A stretch of 64,000 bases of DNA from an uncultured Planctomycetota bacterium (GCA_963823665.1 CAWGMQ010000010.1:2016001-2080000), one strand, 5' to 3'; positions 11,365-22,864 are shown, numbered from the stretch's first letter. Notes: generated by a model not told the origin, from the sequence alone. Numbers and translations: made by a program.

Positions 11365-12345
11365 TCAGCTCCGCTTCACCCGTGCCCACCCGGCTGCCCC
11401 GATAAATCCTGCCTCGCCCCCGAGCTGGGCGTATTCAATCCGCGTCTTCGCTGCCGGAACTGGAAACGCCATCGCCCTCACTCCGCTGCGAATCTCTTCG
11501 AGAAACGCCTGTCCTGCGGCGATCATGCCACCGCCGAAGAGCACAATTTCCGGGTCGATGGTGTGCATGAGCGAAACCGCTCCAACCGCCAGGTAATGCG
11601 CCGTCTCGCTCATGAGCTGCTTGGCGATCGCGTCGCCCGCCACGGCCGCGGAGTTGATCGCGCGGCTGGTGAGCTGTTCTCGCGCGATCGATCGCAATGA
11701 GCTGGGTGTCTCGTTGGCTTCGAGCCGCTCGACGGCGCGTTTGACCACGGACGTGGCCGAAGCGTACGCCTCGAGATGCCCGAGCTGTCCGCAACTGCAC
11801 CGCCGTCCGTTCTCGGCCTCAATGATGATATGGCCGCACTCGCCGCCGTGGCTGTGGCGCCCCTGAATGATGTGGCCGCCGATCACGATTCCGCCGCCGA
11901 CACCCGTGCCCAGGGTGAACATCACCAGGCTGTGCGCATTCCGGCCTGCGCCGACCCAGTATTCACCGTATGCTGCGGCGTTGCCGTCGTTCTGAAGCAC
12001 GACCGGCTTTCGGAGCCGCTCGGCGAGCAACCGGCAGATCGGCAGGTTATCCCACCCGGGCAGGTTAGGAGGCTCGAGTAGCATGCCGGCGTCAAGGTCC
12101 ATCGTTCCGGGTGACCCCAAGCCCACCGCGGCGATGCGGTCCCAGTCGAGCCCGGCTTCCTGCACGGCCTTCTTGCCGGCGGCAACCAGGTTGTCGACGC
12201 CGACGACCGGCCCGTGGTCGGCCTGGGTCGCAATGCTGATTGAAGACAGCGGCCGGCCTTTGTCGTCGACCACCCCGCTCTTGATGTTCGTTCCGCCCAG
12301 GTCGATGCCGAGGAAATAGGGAGGCGAGGTGTGGCCGGCATCCAT
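11365..12345 (-). CDS. ROK family sugar kinase (glucokinase-like)
   Basis: GIDLGGTN, NDGNAAAYGE, TLGTGVGGG, GECGH and CSCGQLGHLEAYAS. Confidence 0.92.
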   Translation of the reverse strand: MDAGHTSPPYFLGIDLGGTNIKSGVVDDKGRPLSSISIATQADHGPVVGVDNLVAAGKKAVQEAGLDWDRIAAVGLGSPGTMDLDAGMLLEPPNLPGWDNLPICRLLAERLRKPVVLQNDGNAAAYGEYWVGAGRNAHSLVMFTLGTGVGGGIVIGGHIIQGRHSHGGECGHIIIEAENGRRCSCGQLGHLEAYASATSVVKRAVERLEANETPSSLRSIAREQLTSRAINSAAVAGDAIAKQLMSETAHYLAVGAVSLMHTIDPEIVLFGGGMIAAGQAFLEEIRSGVRAMAFPVPAAKTRIEYAQLGGEAGFIGAAGWARVKRS

Positions 12346-12547
12346 CAAAGTGTACCTGGCGACGTGGCTAAGGCTGCGGTGAATCAGAGTTCGTTGAATC
12401 AAGAACAATTTACGGATTCGAGCGCGATCGGTCAACGGCGCGGGAGCTTTCGTGTTTTGACGCGGCGCATGTCGGGTTCACAGGTTAAACTATGCGGAAT
12501 ACGATCGCGGGCGATGGAAGATCGGCTGAATGGGAGGAAGGCGAATC

Positions 12548-13015
12548 ATGCCCAAGCACCCAAAAAAGGTCGTTCTGAAGGGCGAGGATGACCGCTACAT
12601 CCGGCTCGTCCGACAACTTCGACTCCGTCCGATCAGCACGGACGTCGAGCTGGACCGAGCCATCGCGATGATCGACTCGTTGATCAGTCGAGCCGAGCTT
12701 CAGCCCGACGAGGAGGATTACCTCGATGTTCTGAGCGATCTGGTCCACCGATATGAGGCCGAGCAGGATCCGAGCGAGCCGGTTTCCGACTCGGAAATGA
12801 TCCGGTTCTTGCTTCAGTCGAATGAAATGACCCAAGTAGAACTGGCCCAGCGGAGCAAGATCGCCAGCTCGACAATCTCGGAAATCCTGGCGGAGAGACG
12901 TAAGCTGAGCCGCCGGCACATCGCGGCGGTTTCGCGCGTCTTCCGTGTTAGCCCCGCGGTCTTCTTCTCCGAGGCGATTGAAATGACGCCTGAACGAGCA
13001 GCGGAGATCATGTGA
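12548..13015 (+). CDS. HigA-like antitoxin / XRE HTH regulator
   Basis: EEDYLDVLSDLVHRYE followed by the HTH MTQVELAQRSKIASSTISEILAERRKLSRRHI, typical of HigA-type proteins. Confidence 0.8.
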   Translation: MPKHPKKVVLKGEDDRYIRLVRQLRLRPISTDVELDRAIAMIDSLISRAELQPDEEDYLDVLSDLVHRYEAEQDPSEPVSDSEMIRFLLQSNEMTQVELAQRSKIASSTISEILAERRKLSRRHIAAVSRVFRVSPAVFFSEAIEMTPERAAEIM

Positions 13016-13172
13016 GCTCGTCGACGAAGCCATCCAAACGACGTGTGGCCTGCGGTGAGGGATCACCGAAGAGCACCGACGTCCGTGGTTGGTGCTCTGT
13101 GCTTGATCTGATAAGATGGTGATAAGCTTTAGCGGGATAAGTGGCACTTAGGTCCCTGGGGCGTACCGAACA

Positions 13173-13415
13173 ATGGCGACTGTGGAACAAGTTCGACGCG
13201 CGATGCACCGCCAGCCATTTCGGCCGTTCTTCATCAAGCTCGCCGATGGCACGGCTTACCACGTGAGACATCCCGATTTCGTCGCCGTCACGCACCGAAG
13301 CGAGCTGGTGTTTGTGGGCGATGATGAGGGTTTCCACGAAATCGACATGAGGCTTGTTGCCGAGATTGAAACGCCCGCTCCGACATCGACGCAGAGAGAG
13401 TCGCAGGATGAATGA
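13173..13415 (+). CDS. Conserved small hypothetical protein (QPFRPFxIxLADG..V.HP family)
   Basis: 80-aa ORF resembling a widespread uncharacterised small-protein family. Confidence 0.65.
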   Translation: MATVEQVRRAMHRQPFRPFFIKLADGTAYHVRHPDFVAVTHRSELVFVGDDEGFHEIDMRLVAEIETPAPTSTQRESQDE

Positions 13416-13470
13416 AATGTAGTTCCGTCTGATTGCGCGAGAAACCCATTCGGCTCGGAGCACGACTGCA

Positions 13471-14478
13471 ATGCCGCACACGTCGGTTCCACTTTACTCG
13501 GCCCCTCATCGCGAGCGCTCGCCCGGTCTTTCCCGTCGCGCGTGCATCGCCCGCACAATCTGTGGGATCGTCGGAATTCCCCTGCTTACTCGCATCTCGT
13601 TGTCAGGCGAAGCAGTTGCAGTGGTCGATGACGCCGCAGAAATCGCCGAAGTAAAGGCCCTGGGAAAGAAAGCTGGCCTGGCACCGTTCTCGGATGCCCC
13701 GTCCAAGCACTTCCTGGGACTGGGAGATGCCAGCCCAGTCTATAGCAAGGACGCACTCACGATTTGCGAAGCACTGGCTCCGGAGTTTCTCTCGCACTTC
13801 CGCGATCGGGGTTTCAAGCTCGCGCTGCCGCCGAACCGAATGACGGTCATCACTCTCAAGGACGCTGCGTCTTATCGTGCGTTTCTCGGCGAAGACAAGG
13901 GTGCAGCGGTTGGTGGCCATTATGATCTCGAGACCAATCGGCTGGTTGTGTTCGACAATCGGGGCACGGACGAGGAACTTCCCGACAGTCCCGAGCGCGT
14001 AAATCGTTTTACCCTAACGCACGAGGCTCTGCACTTGCTGTCGTATAATACGGGCCTCCTCTCCCGGCAACGGGACGTGCCCGCTTGCATTAGCGAAGGC
14101 TTGGCGACTTACGGCGAGCTCTGGCAATACAAGGGCAAGACCAAGATCGGGACGACCAATGGCGCCAGGCTCCGGGCGCTGACTGACCCACGCGCCGGCG
14201 GCGGCAGCTGGATTCCGATCCCGGAGCTGCTGGCCAATGACGCCTACTTCAACGACGACAAAACGGCGCAGCTCGCTTACGCCGAGGCGTGGGCGCTGGT
14301 GCACTATCTGCTCAGGCGAGATTCTAAGCAGCTCGCGAAGTTTCACTCCTATCTCGACAAGCTTCCGCCGCTGCAGGACGCGGCCAAGCGGCTCAAGATC
14401 GCCGAAGCCGAGCTAGGCTCACTCGAGGCGCTCGACAAGGAGGTCAAACGCCACGCCAAGGAGCAGCTCCGCAAGTGA
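13471..14478 (+). CDS. DUF1570 domain-containing protein (zincin-like)
   Basis: GGHYDLETNRL, HEALHLL.YNTG, EGLATYGE and YAEAWALVHYL; Tat-like SRR signal. Confidence 0.85.
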   Translation: MPHTSVPLYSAPHRERSPGLSRRACIARTICGIVGIPLLTRISLSGEAVAVVDDAAEIAEVKALGKKAGLAPFSDAPSKHFLGLGDASPVYSKDALTICEALAPEFLSHFRDRGFKLALPPNRMTVITLKDAASYRAFLGEDKGAAVGGHYDLETNRLVVFDNRGTDEELPDSPERVNRFTLTHEALHLLSYNTGLLSRQRDVPACISEGLATYGELWQYKGKTKIGTTNGARLRALTDPRAGGGSWIPIPELLANDAYFNDDKTAQLAYAEAWALVHYLLRRDSKQLAKFHSYLDKLPPLQDAAKRLKIAEAELGSLEALDKEVKRHAKEQLRK

Positions 14479-14503
14479 AAATGAGTTTCGACGAAGCGCT
14501 TGC

Positions 14504-16458
14504 TCAGCCGAGCACCGGGTTGAGCCCCATGTTCTTGCGCATCTCGGCCCGCTGCTTCTCGTAGTGCATGAGCAGCTTGCGGTCGCGGAAGTGCTGTCGT
14601 TCCTTCTTCCGCTGCGCGGCCACGAACATCCGACGCATGGCCACGCTGGTCAACTCGCCTTTGCCGCGCAGCCGCTTGCGGATGCGCGCTGCGCGCTTTT
14701 CGCCGAACGCTTCGACGATCTCGTCGTCGACCGAAATGAAGAACTGCGCGAGGCCCGGGTCTCCTTGGCGTGCGCAGCGGCCGGCGAGCTGGCGGTCGAT
14801 TCGCCGGGCCTCATGCCGTTCGGTGCCGATGACGTGCAGCCCGCCCAGCTCGGCAACGTCGTCGCCCAGCTTGATGTCGGTCCCGCGGCCGGCCATGTTG
14901 GTGGCGACCGTCACGCGGCCCTTCTGCCCTGCCTGCGCGACGATCTGGGCCTCGATCTCGTGGTTCTTGGCGTTCAAGATCTGGTGTTCGATTCCCTGCG
15001 CCTCGAGCAATGCGCTGAGCCGCTCGGATTTCTCGATCGACCGCGTGCCCACCAGCACCGGCACTCCTTGCTTGTTCCATTCGACGATCTGGTTCGCGAC
15101 CGCCTGGAAGCCTTCGTCGATGGTCGAGAAGACCCGATCGGGCAGCCAGACCCGCTGGCAGGCACGATTGGTGGGCACCTTGAAGACGCCGACCTTGTAG
15201 ATCCGGCGCAGCTCGGCGGCATCGGAAGAGGCCGTTCCGGTCATCCCCGCCAGCTTGGTATAACGCTTGAAGAAGTCTTGAACCGTCACTCGCGCGGCCG
15301 TGATCGTCTCGAGGGTGATCTCGAGCCGCTCCTTGGCCTGGATCGCCTGGTGCAGACCGTCTTGCCACTGGCGACCGGGCATCATACGTCCGGTGAATTC
15401 GTCGACGATCACGATCTCGCCGTCGACGGCGACATAATCGCGGTCCTTGAGATAGGCGATCTGGGCTCGCAGCGATCGCTCGACATATTCATAGAGGCCG
15501 TCAACCGTGAGCGAAACGAACGCGGGGTTGGCTGCAACCGCCTGGATCTTGCGCCGGCCGGCCGCCGATAGCTCGGCCTTCCGCTCGAGCGGGTCGTACT
15601 TGTAGTCCTTGACGCGCACCAGCGTCGCGGCAAGCTGGTCGGCTCCGTAATAAGCGGCGGCCTCCTCCTGGGTGGGCTGATTATTCGCTCCGATGATCAG
15701 CGGCGTACGTGCCTCGTCGATCAGGATGCTGTCGGCCTCGTCGACGATCGCATAGTTGTGCGTGCGCTGGACGGGCATCTGCGACTCGACGGCGCCACCC
15801 TGGCCGAGATAAGACCTGTTCAAACGTCTTGCGGTGCGCGTCGCCGCCAAGCTGGAGACGCTTCAGCTCGTCGCGCAGGAAGTCGAAACCCAGCTCCTTG
15901 GCCGTGCCGTAGGTGATGTCGCAGGCGTAGGCAGCGCGGCGCGACCGGGTCGGTCTGGCCGGTCTGAATGCAGCCGACGGTCAAACCCAGCGTGCGGTAG
16001 ATCGGACCCATCCATTCGGCGTCGCGGCGGGCCAGGTAGTCGTTGACGGTGACGATATGCACGCCCTTGCCGGTCAGTGCGTTCAAGAACGCCGGCATGG
16101 TCGAGACCAGCGTTTTCCCTTCACCGGTTTCGAGCTCGGCGATGCAGCGGTAGTGGATCGCGATGCCGCCCAAGACCTGAACGTCAAACTGTCGCTGGCC
16201 GATCGATCGTTTTGCCGATTCGCGAACCAGGGCAAACGCTTCCGGCAGCAGGCTGTTGAGCGAATCACCCTGCCTGGCCCGGAGCGTCAGTTCATGGGCC
16301 TTGGACGCGAGCTGCTCGGGCGTGCACACCTCGAGCAAGGGCTCGAGCGCATTCACGCGATCCACCATGCCGGAATACCGGCCCAGCCGGCCCGCATGGG
16401 TGGGACCGGCGAGTTGCTGAACACGATTCAACCAGGACGGGCCCAGGCGGTTGGCCAT
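14504..16458 (-). CDS. secA: Short SecA paralog (frameshifts near 15945 and 15815)
   Basis: [62 protein letters not shown] and [10 protein letters not shown]. About 650 aa, lacking the C-terminal wing and Zn-binding regions. Confidence 0.88.
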
Positions 16459-16564
16459 GGTGCAGTCAGGCTCCTCTTGGAGTTCTCAGATTCACTCAGA
16501 AGCGGGGCAAGATCGCGGTGCATTGGCCGGGCCGCCCCGCGGCCGCGCAACATCTTACTCAACC

Positions 16565-17689
16565 TTAACAGGACAGCCAAACTGGCGTCTTGTCCCGAGA
16601 CATTCCCGTCGGTAGCCGGCCGCTCCAGGGCAGCCGGCCTACCTGCGTCATGGCCGGCTCGGTGTGCCGGGGATGATGTGTTCGAGGGCATCGATGCGCG
16701 AGCCCCTTGGCCGTGAAGTCCCAGTAGTCGCCGTCCGGGAGAGTGTGGTCGATCGCCAGACCACTCCACCTGAGCAGAATCTGCCACTTCTCCTCTGCGG
16801 TAGACTCCCGGGGCCCTTCCGAGCCTGGGGGGCGTCCCCAGCAGAAGGACAGTTCCCTCGGAATTCACCATGAACAGGCCGCGTCCGGCGAATTCCGTCA
16901 CGATGATCTGGATCATCCGCAGCGATCTGGAGACGTTCGTGTGATCACTACCGACTCGCTCCTTGAGGAAGCGGGCCAGACGCGCCGCGGCGACGATTCG
17001 CTCGTCAACCCGCTCGACGTCTTGACCGGCCGACTTCGACTTCCACACCACGCCCGCGCGGGAATCGGCGGGACTGCCCGGCTCGAGCCCGGTGATCTGA
17101 ATGAGCGGCCCCGCCAACTCCACGTCGACATCATCCGACGGCAACAGCCGCCCCTCGCCATCGATGATTTGCTGCGTCTTCTCGACCTTCACCCACGCGA
17201 CCGGCTCGCGAAACTTCAACTCGACCGCAATTCGACCTGGGCCGAACGTCACCCTGGTCACTTCCTCGACCCACGGCTCGAGCTTGAAAGCGGTCGCGAT
17301 CCGCTCGGGCCGAACTTCTAGCAGTGAGATCGATTCCGCATTTCCCGAGCTACGCTGGACCCGCGCAAGAAACTCACGTTTTCCACCGCGATACCAGCTT
17401 CGGAAGGTCCCGAACGAGTTGAATATCGCTGAACGCAAGCCGATACTGTGACTGGCGATGAAGCCACGCAACCGCGCCGCTCGTGGCGCGAGACAGCCCG
17501 TACACCAACGCCACGGCCACCACGACTAAGCCCAGCGACCGTGACGCCGAGCCGGACCGGGTCAACCCGAGCGCCGGCCACGGAACGGATCGAACGCGCG
17601 CAGACGCACCCCGTCCGCGGCATTCTCGACCGCGCACTGACCGAGCGGCGATCGCCCGCGCCGATTCGAGGAGGTTCGCGGTGTTCCAT
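16565..17689 (-). CDS. FtsQ/DivIB-like protein (POTRA), multiple indels
   Basis: Single TM, then PWVEEVTRV...IAVELKFREPVAWV...IDGEGRLLP, directly downstream of murB. Boundaries approximate. Confidence 0.6.
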
Positions 17690-17772
17690 CACCTGAATGC
17701 CTCCGTCGTCTCGATCACTTGCATCAGACCGCCAGCATTCGAATTCGGGGGAGATTGTCAGAACAACCTATT

Positions 17773-18658
17773 TTACCAAATTTGGATCTGGAGTTCCAAT
17801 TCGTAGCCGAATTGTTGCCAGACGCGCTGGCGGATACGGTCGATAAGCTGGAGGACATCGGACGTCTTGGCGCCGGGGTGAGCGACGATGAAGTTGGCGT
17901 GCCGGTCCGATACCTCGGCGTCGCCGAAGCGGGTTCCCTTGAGCCCGGCCTGATCGATCAGCGTGCCGGCGGAGACGTCGGGCGCGGGGTTCTTGAAGAT
18001 ACAGCCGGAGAATTGATAGCCGTAGGGTTGATTCTCCTTCTTGACGATCCAGATCCGCCGCATCCGGCGGACGAGCGTTTCCGGATCCTCGGGTGCCAGC
18101 TCGAATTCCGCCGAGAGGATGACGGGCTCGTCGAGGTTGGAGTCGCGGTCGGCGAAATTGAGGTCGTCGCGCTCGCGCACCTGGATCTCATCGGCCAGGT
18201 CCAGCACCATGGCCCGGCGGACGAACTGGCCGATGGCACCCTGGCGGCTACCGGCGTTGCCGCGCAGGCGCTCCGCCAACGGTGCCGGGGATTCCGGTCA
18301 GGATCTCGAGCCCGGCCAGGCCCGCCCGCGCGGCTTGCGAGATCAGGGCGGTCAGAGGCACGGCCGCGCCCGCCTCGATCACGATTTTCTCGCACGACAC
18401 ACGTCGGAGAAAGACGGACTTTCCAGATGGATGACCAGCGCATCGATGCCCTCGTCGCGCACCAAAACGTTGGAGCCGCCGCCCAAGGATCTTGGCTGTG
18501 ATTCCCGCGGCCCGGCATCGTTTCAGGAGTGCGGCGAGCTCGTCGACCTGGCGCGGCCGTGCGAAGTACGTGGCCGGACCGCCGAGCCGAAACCACGCCA
18601 GGGGAGCCAGCGGCTCGTTCTTTCGGACGATGTCTCCGAAGTCGTCAAAAGGATCCAT
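17773..18658 (-). CDS. murB: UDP-N-acetylenolpyruvoylglucosamine reductase, about 3 indels
   Basis: NEPLAPLAWFRLGGPA, GLEILTGIPGTVGGA, NAG, SGCIFKNP, LIDQAGLKG and SDRHANFIV. Confidence 0.9.
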
Positions 18659-18828
18659 CGGCTTTGAGACCTAAATCCATAAAGCACAAGATCGTAGCCT
18701 CAGATCGAACAGTCGTCAAGCGGGGTCGGCCGCCACGCGTTTCGCCGGCCAATGTGCTGAAATCATGGATGCTCCCAGGCTCCCATCTCGCAAACCGCCC
18801 GGAGAATGCTCGATCGCCGTCGCCGCTT

Positions 18829-19572
18829 TCAAAGCGTGGGCTTGTCATTGAGCGTGCGTGTTCCGTCGAGCAGCCAGTTGCCGAACGAGTCCTTCACGAA
18901 ATAAAGGTGGAACTCGACAGTCGATGCGGGTTTTGAGAGGCCAGGGTTGGGGTGAACGGCATCGATGCCGGCGTTTCCGAGCCGGGTGCCTTCCGCCGAA
19001 AATTGAGCGACGACGACGGCCGGACCATTGGACCCGTCGGACAGCACCTTGATGTTCAGGCCGGCGTCGAGCCCGCCGAGCGCCATCTTGAGCTCGTTGT
19101 ACTGTCGGCTGGCTTCACCATGCCAGCGGATGACGTCGAGCGCGGTCTCGGGAACGGCGATCGTCATCGCCGTCTGGATTCCTTCCGGTGTCATGAGGGC
19201 CCTGGCCGCCGTCTCCGCGCGCGTCGTCAGAGATTGTCGGGCGAGAAGCCAGATTCCGAGGGCCGCAACCAGGATAACCGCCGCCGCAATTCCGGCGGTG
19301 GCCCCGGAGACGCGTGGCAGTTTGATCTTCGACAATCCCGCCGTGAGACCTTCGAGCGACCCGCCGAACTCGATGCCACCACCACCCGACTCGGCGCGCA
19401 CCTTTTCTTTGGGTAGATCCTTGAGCGCGGGGGGCTCGCCGAGAACCGCCACTCCACTCGGGCTCAAGTGGAACACCGCGAGGCATTTTCTGCAGACGAG
19501 CCGAGTGTCCTTCTTCTCGCGGGGAACGCGCCCGCCGGCACCGCAGCGCGGACATTTCATCTCGATTGCCAT
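18829..19572 (-). CDS. Hypothetical membrane protein with N-terminal zinc ribbon
   Basis: CPRC...CRKC, followed by one TM segment. Confidence 0.7.
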   Translation of the reverse strand: MAIEMKCPRCGAGGRVPREKKDTRLVCRKCLAVFHLSPSGVAVLGEPPALKDLPKEKVRAESGGGGIEFGGSLEGLTAGLSKIKLPRVSGATAGIAAAVILVAALGIWLLARQSLTTRAETAARALMTPEGIQTAMTIAVPETALDVIRWHGEASRQYNELKMALGGLDAGLNIKVLSDGSNGPAVVVAQFSAEGTRLGNAGIDAVHPNPGLSKPASTVEFHLYFVKDSFGNWLLDGTRTLNDKPTL

Positions 19573-19820
19573 GAAGCGGTTCCTCCGCGCCAGCCTGGAC
19601 GCACGATCATTCCTCGATCCGGGCCCAACCCGGGCCCAGGTCAGGCGGTTCGCCAGTTTTGGGCGTCACCTCTGCCGTTCTCTTGACCCGCTCAAGGATG
19701 AGGGCGAATCTTGCCCCTGTTCAAACTAACCCTCCGCGGCACGATTAGCAACGTCAATGACGGGATGCTGGCAGAAGGGGTAACGGCAAGCGCCGGGAGT
19801 ATCGAGGCTGGTCATTCCGG

Positions 19821-20909
19821 CTACATGATCGTGTTGCCCTTGGGAGCGATGGAACCCCAGCAGCCTTCGATCGGGCGGTGGTCTCGCGCAGACTGAACCG
19901 CAGCGTCGAGAACGCGAACCACCTCACCGGCGTCCTCGGCGGTGACGGCGAGAGGAGCGAGGCCCAGGATGACGTCGGCGATGTTTTCGTAGTAAGAGTC
20001 CCAATGGCCGTGGACGGTCGGGACCGGCCAGTGGCCGGGAGTTCCGTCGGCGAGGGGTCCGTGCATCACCCCGTGGTGTTCCGGCGGCTCCGATGCGGAA
20101 TCGATATCGCCGCCGCGCAAGGCGGCTTCCTGGGGGTCGATGCCGTATTTGACGAACGCGCACCGCGTTCCGATGATCCACCACCGCGGGCGGTCGAGCC
20201 GGCAGATTCGACTGGATTCCACATGAAACAGCGTGTCGTCGAATTCAAGGACGATCCGGCCGTGCCCCCATGAATCGACCCCTTCCCAATTACCAGGCGT
20301 CAACCACGCGGTGAGCCGGCGGCACGGGCCGAGACCGAGCTGAAGGGCCTGGTCGATGAGATGCGCACCCCAGTCGTGCAGGATCGTACCGGCTGAGGAA
20401 ACACGTCCCCGCCACCCTCGCGGCGGCGCATCGCGGCAAACAGAGCTTTCAATGATCACGGGACGCCCAAGCGCACCACTGGCAAGGATGTCGCGCACCG
20501 TCTGGAAGTCCCAATCCCATCGTCGGTTATGGAATACTGATAGCAAGCATCCGGAACGATCTCGTGCGGCGATCATCGCGTCGGCTTCGGTAGCGGAAAG
20601 TGCCATGACTTTGTCGACGACGCAATGACGCGAGGCGTCGAGAGTGCGCTGGCAGAGCTCGGCGTGGGAGTCGTGCGGCGTGGCGATCACGACGAGCTGC
20701 ACATCCGGATCGGCCAACGCCTCATCAAGGTGAGCGAACGTTCGGAGGCCATCACCCAGGTGCGCCCTCGCTTCCGCGCGGACCCGCGGATCACGGGCGA
20801 CGATCCCGTGCAGACTCAAGTTCCGTTGGCGGCGAATCAACGGGCAATGGAATGCCCGGCCTGCGAGTCCATAACCGACGACGACCGTTGGGATCATTTT
20901 CTCGGACAC
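19821..20909 (-). CDS. Gfo/Idh/MocA oxidoreductase
   Basis: VVGYGLAGRAFH, IATPHDSH, VVDK, FHNRRWD and DWGAHLIDQ. Confidence 0.92.
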   Translation of the reverse strand: MSEKMIPTVVVGYGLAGRAFHCPLIRRQRNLSLHGIVARDPRVRAEARAHLGDGLRTFAHLDEALADPDVQLVVIATPHDSHAELCQRTLDASRHCVVDKVMALSATEADAMIAARDRSGCLLSVFHNRRWDWDFQTVRDILASGALGRPVIIESSVCRDAPPRGWRGRVSSAGTILHDWGAHLIDQALQLGLGPCRRLTAWLTPGNWEGVDSWGHGRIVLEFDDTLFHVESSRICRLDRPRWWIIGTRCAFVKYGIDPQEAALRGGDIDSASEPPEHHGVMHGPLADGTPGHWPVPTVHGHWDSYYENIADVILGLAPLAVTAEDAGEVVRVLDAAVQSARDHRPIEGCWGSIAPKGNTIM

Positions 20910-21282
20910 CTCGATTTCGATAGCTGGATCACTCGACGCTCGCGCATCGACGCTTAACCATTCTCCCCATCATAGCGGCGCACATGATCCCGCATAGTTA
21001 TAGTTTATAGCGATCTGGTGCCACACGCCGCATGCGAAAGCCCGGGCATTCGGCCGCGTCGGAAATGCGGGAGTGGCAGTGGAGTTGGTGCGATCAGGAC
21101 GGTTCATCGGCGAACGGCGCTTATTGTCTGCGTTTGGCTCTCGTCGTACCACCCGGATTGAATTATGATCTTTATGTTTCGTCTCCGCCGGAGTAATTCG
21201 CTGCGGCACATGTCACGGGTTTGAAGATCTCGCGCGCGGGCGTGTACTTCATTTGCACGCCACGCTCACAGACTGGTTTGCA

Positions 21283-21570
21283 ATGTCACGATCGACGAAC
21301 ATCACGATCCACGTGCCGCGTGAGCTTCGTGCGTATTGCGAGGGCGCTTCTGCGCTTATGCTCCAGGCTCAAAGTGTGCGTGCTGCACTCGAAGAACTGG
21401 AGCGGCGGCATCCGCTGGTACATCGTGGCGTCTGCGACGATACGGGCGCGGTGAGGCGACACGTGAATGTGTTCGTGAACAGGGATCATATGCGCGATCG
21501 GGATGGGCTCGATACGGCGCTCGTGCCAGGGGACGAGATCATCATACTTCCATCGGTTTCAGGGGGTTGA
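21283..21570 (+). CDS. MoaD/ThiS ubiquitin-like protein
   Basis: RRHVNVFVN...IILPSVSGG, with a C-terminal diglycine. Confidence 0.88.
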   Translation: MSRSTNITIHVPRELRAYCEGASALMLQAQSVRAALEELERRHPLVHRGVCDDTGAVRRHVNVFVNRDHMRDRDGLDTALVPGDEIIILPSVSGG

Positions 21571-21649
21571 CTGTCGGAGCATTGCAGTCCTTTCCAACCC
21601 TCGTATTGTGCGTGATCACGATTCTGCCGGTTCAGTCAGGAGTTTCAAC

Positions 21650-22762
21650 ATGCCAGATCGCATTATTCTCACGATTGGTACCAAGAAAGGCGTGTTCGTG
21701 GCCCAGGCGCCGAAGTCGCGTCGCAGCTTCGCGCTCTCTGGGCCGGTCGGACCAGGCGTGGCCGTGTATGCCACTCTGATCGACACGCGCGGAACACCGC
21801 GACTCTACGCTTCGAGCTGTAATCCTTTCTTCGGCATGAAGGTCCTGCGTTCGACCGATCTCGGCAAGAAGTTCAAGGAGACGAAGTCGGCTCCGGCGTT
21901 CCCCAAGGACGACGGGCGGGCGCTGGCCAACATCTGGTCGCTGGAGCCGGGGTATGACAAGAAGGACCTCCTGTGCGGCGTGGAGCCGGCATCGCTCTTC
22001 CGGTCGAATGATAGCGGAGATTCGTGGGAGATGGTTGCGGGGATCAGTAACCATGATCATGCTCGTAAGTGGCAGCCGGGGAACGGAGGGCTGTGCATGC
22101 ACACGATCCTCCGGGACGGGAATCGCGTGCACCTGGGAATCTCCACCGGCGGTCACTACTTGAGCGAGGATGGCGGCCAAACCTTCACAGCGGCGAACAA
22201 CGGCGTCGGCGCCGGGTTCACGCCGGATCCCTATCCTGAGTTCGGTCAGTGCGTGCACAAGATCGCCGGCCACCCGGCGGCGCCCGGGCGGCTCTACATG
22301 CAGAACCACGGCGGCTGGGCCGATTGGAGCGGGCCTGGAGGGCCGCGGCCGGGCATTGGCGTGCTGCGCAGCGACGACCACGGCAAAACGTGGAGATCGA
22401 TCGCCAAGGGGCTGCCATCGGATTTTGGCTTCCCGATCGTGGTGCACCCGCACGACCCGGACACGGTCTACGTCATGCCGCTCGAGCCGATGACCCGCAC
22501 ATGCCCGGGTGGGGCACCCGCGGTCTGGCGCAGCGAGAACGGTGGCGGCTCGTGGAAGCGGCTGGCGAAGGGGATGGCGAAGAAGGAGAGCTACTTCACG
22601 GTCCTTCGGGATGCGATGGACATCGACAACCTCCGCTCGCCCTCGCTCTATTTCGGCACCACGACCGGTCAGCTCTGGATGGGTCGAGAAGGTGGGGAGG
22701 AATGGAACTGCCTCTTTGACTCACTGCCGCCGATTCATTGCGTGAAGGTGGCGGTGGTGTGA
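21650..22762 (+). CDS. BNR/Asp-box beta-propeller (sialidase-like glycosyl hydrolase family)
   Basis: Repeated SxDxGxxW Asp boxes; IGTKKG, GQCVHK and LPSDFGFP. Confidence 0.88.
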   Translation: MPDRIILTIGTKKGVFVAQAPKSRRSFALSGPVGPGVAVYATLIDTRGTPRLYASSCNPFFGMKVLRSTDLGKKFKETKSAPAFPKDDGRALANIWSLEPGYDKKDLLCGVEPASLFRSNDSGDSWEMVAGISNHDHARKWQPGNGGLCMHTILRDGNRVHLGISTGGHYLSEDGGQTFTAANNGVGAGFTPDPYPEFGQCVHKIAGHPAAPGRLYMQNHGGWADWSGPGGPRPGIGVLRSDDHGKTWRSIAKGLPSDFGFPIVVHPHDPDTVYVMPLEPMTRTCPGGAPAVWRSENGGGSWKRLAKGMAKKESYFTVLRDAMDIDNLRSPSLYFGTTTGQLWMGREGGEEWNCLFDSLPPIHCVKVAVV

Positions 22763-22864
22763 GGCTGAGAACGGGCGGCTGGGATGCCGCCTCGGCCCGA
22801 GTCGCTTCAGGACACGCTCGAGGTGCTCACCGACGCCGGCTCTGCGATCGCTATGACCACTCGA

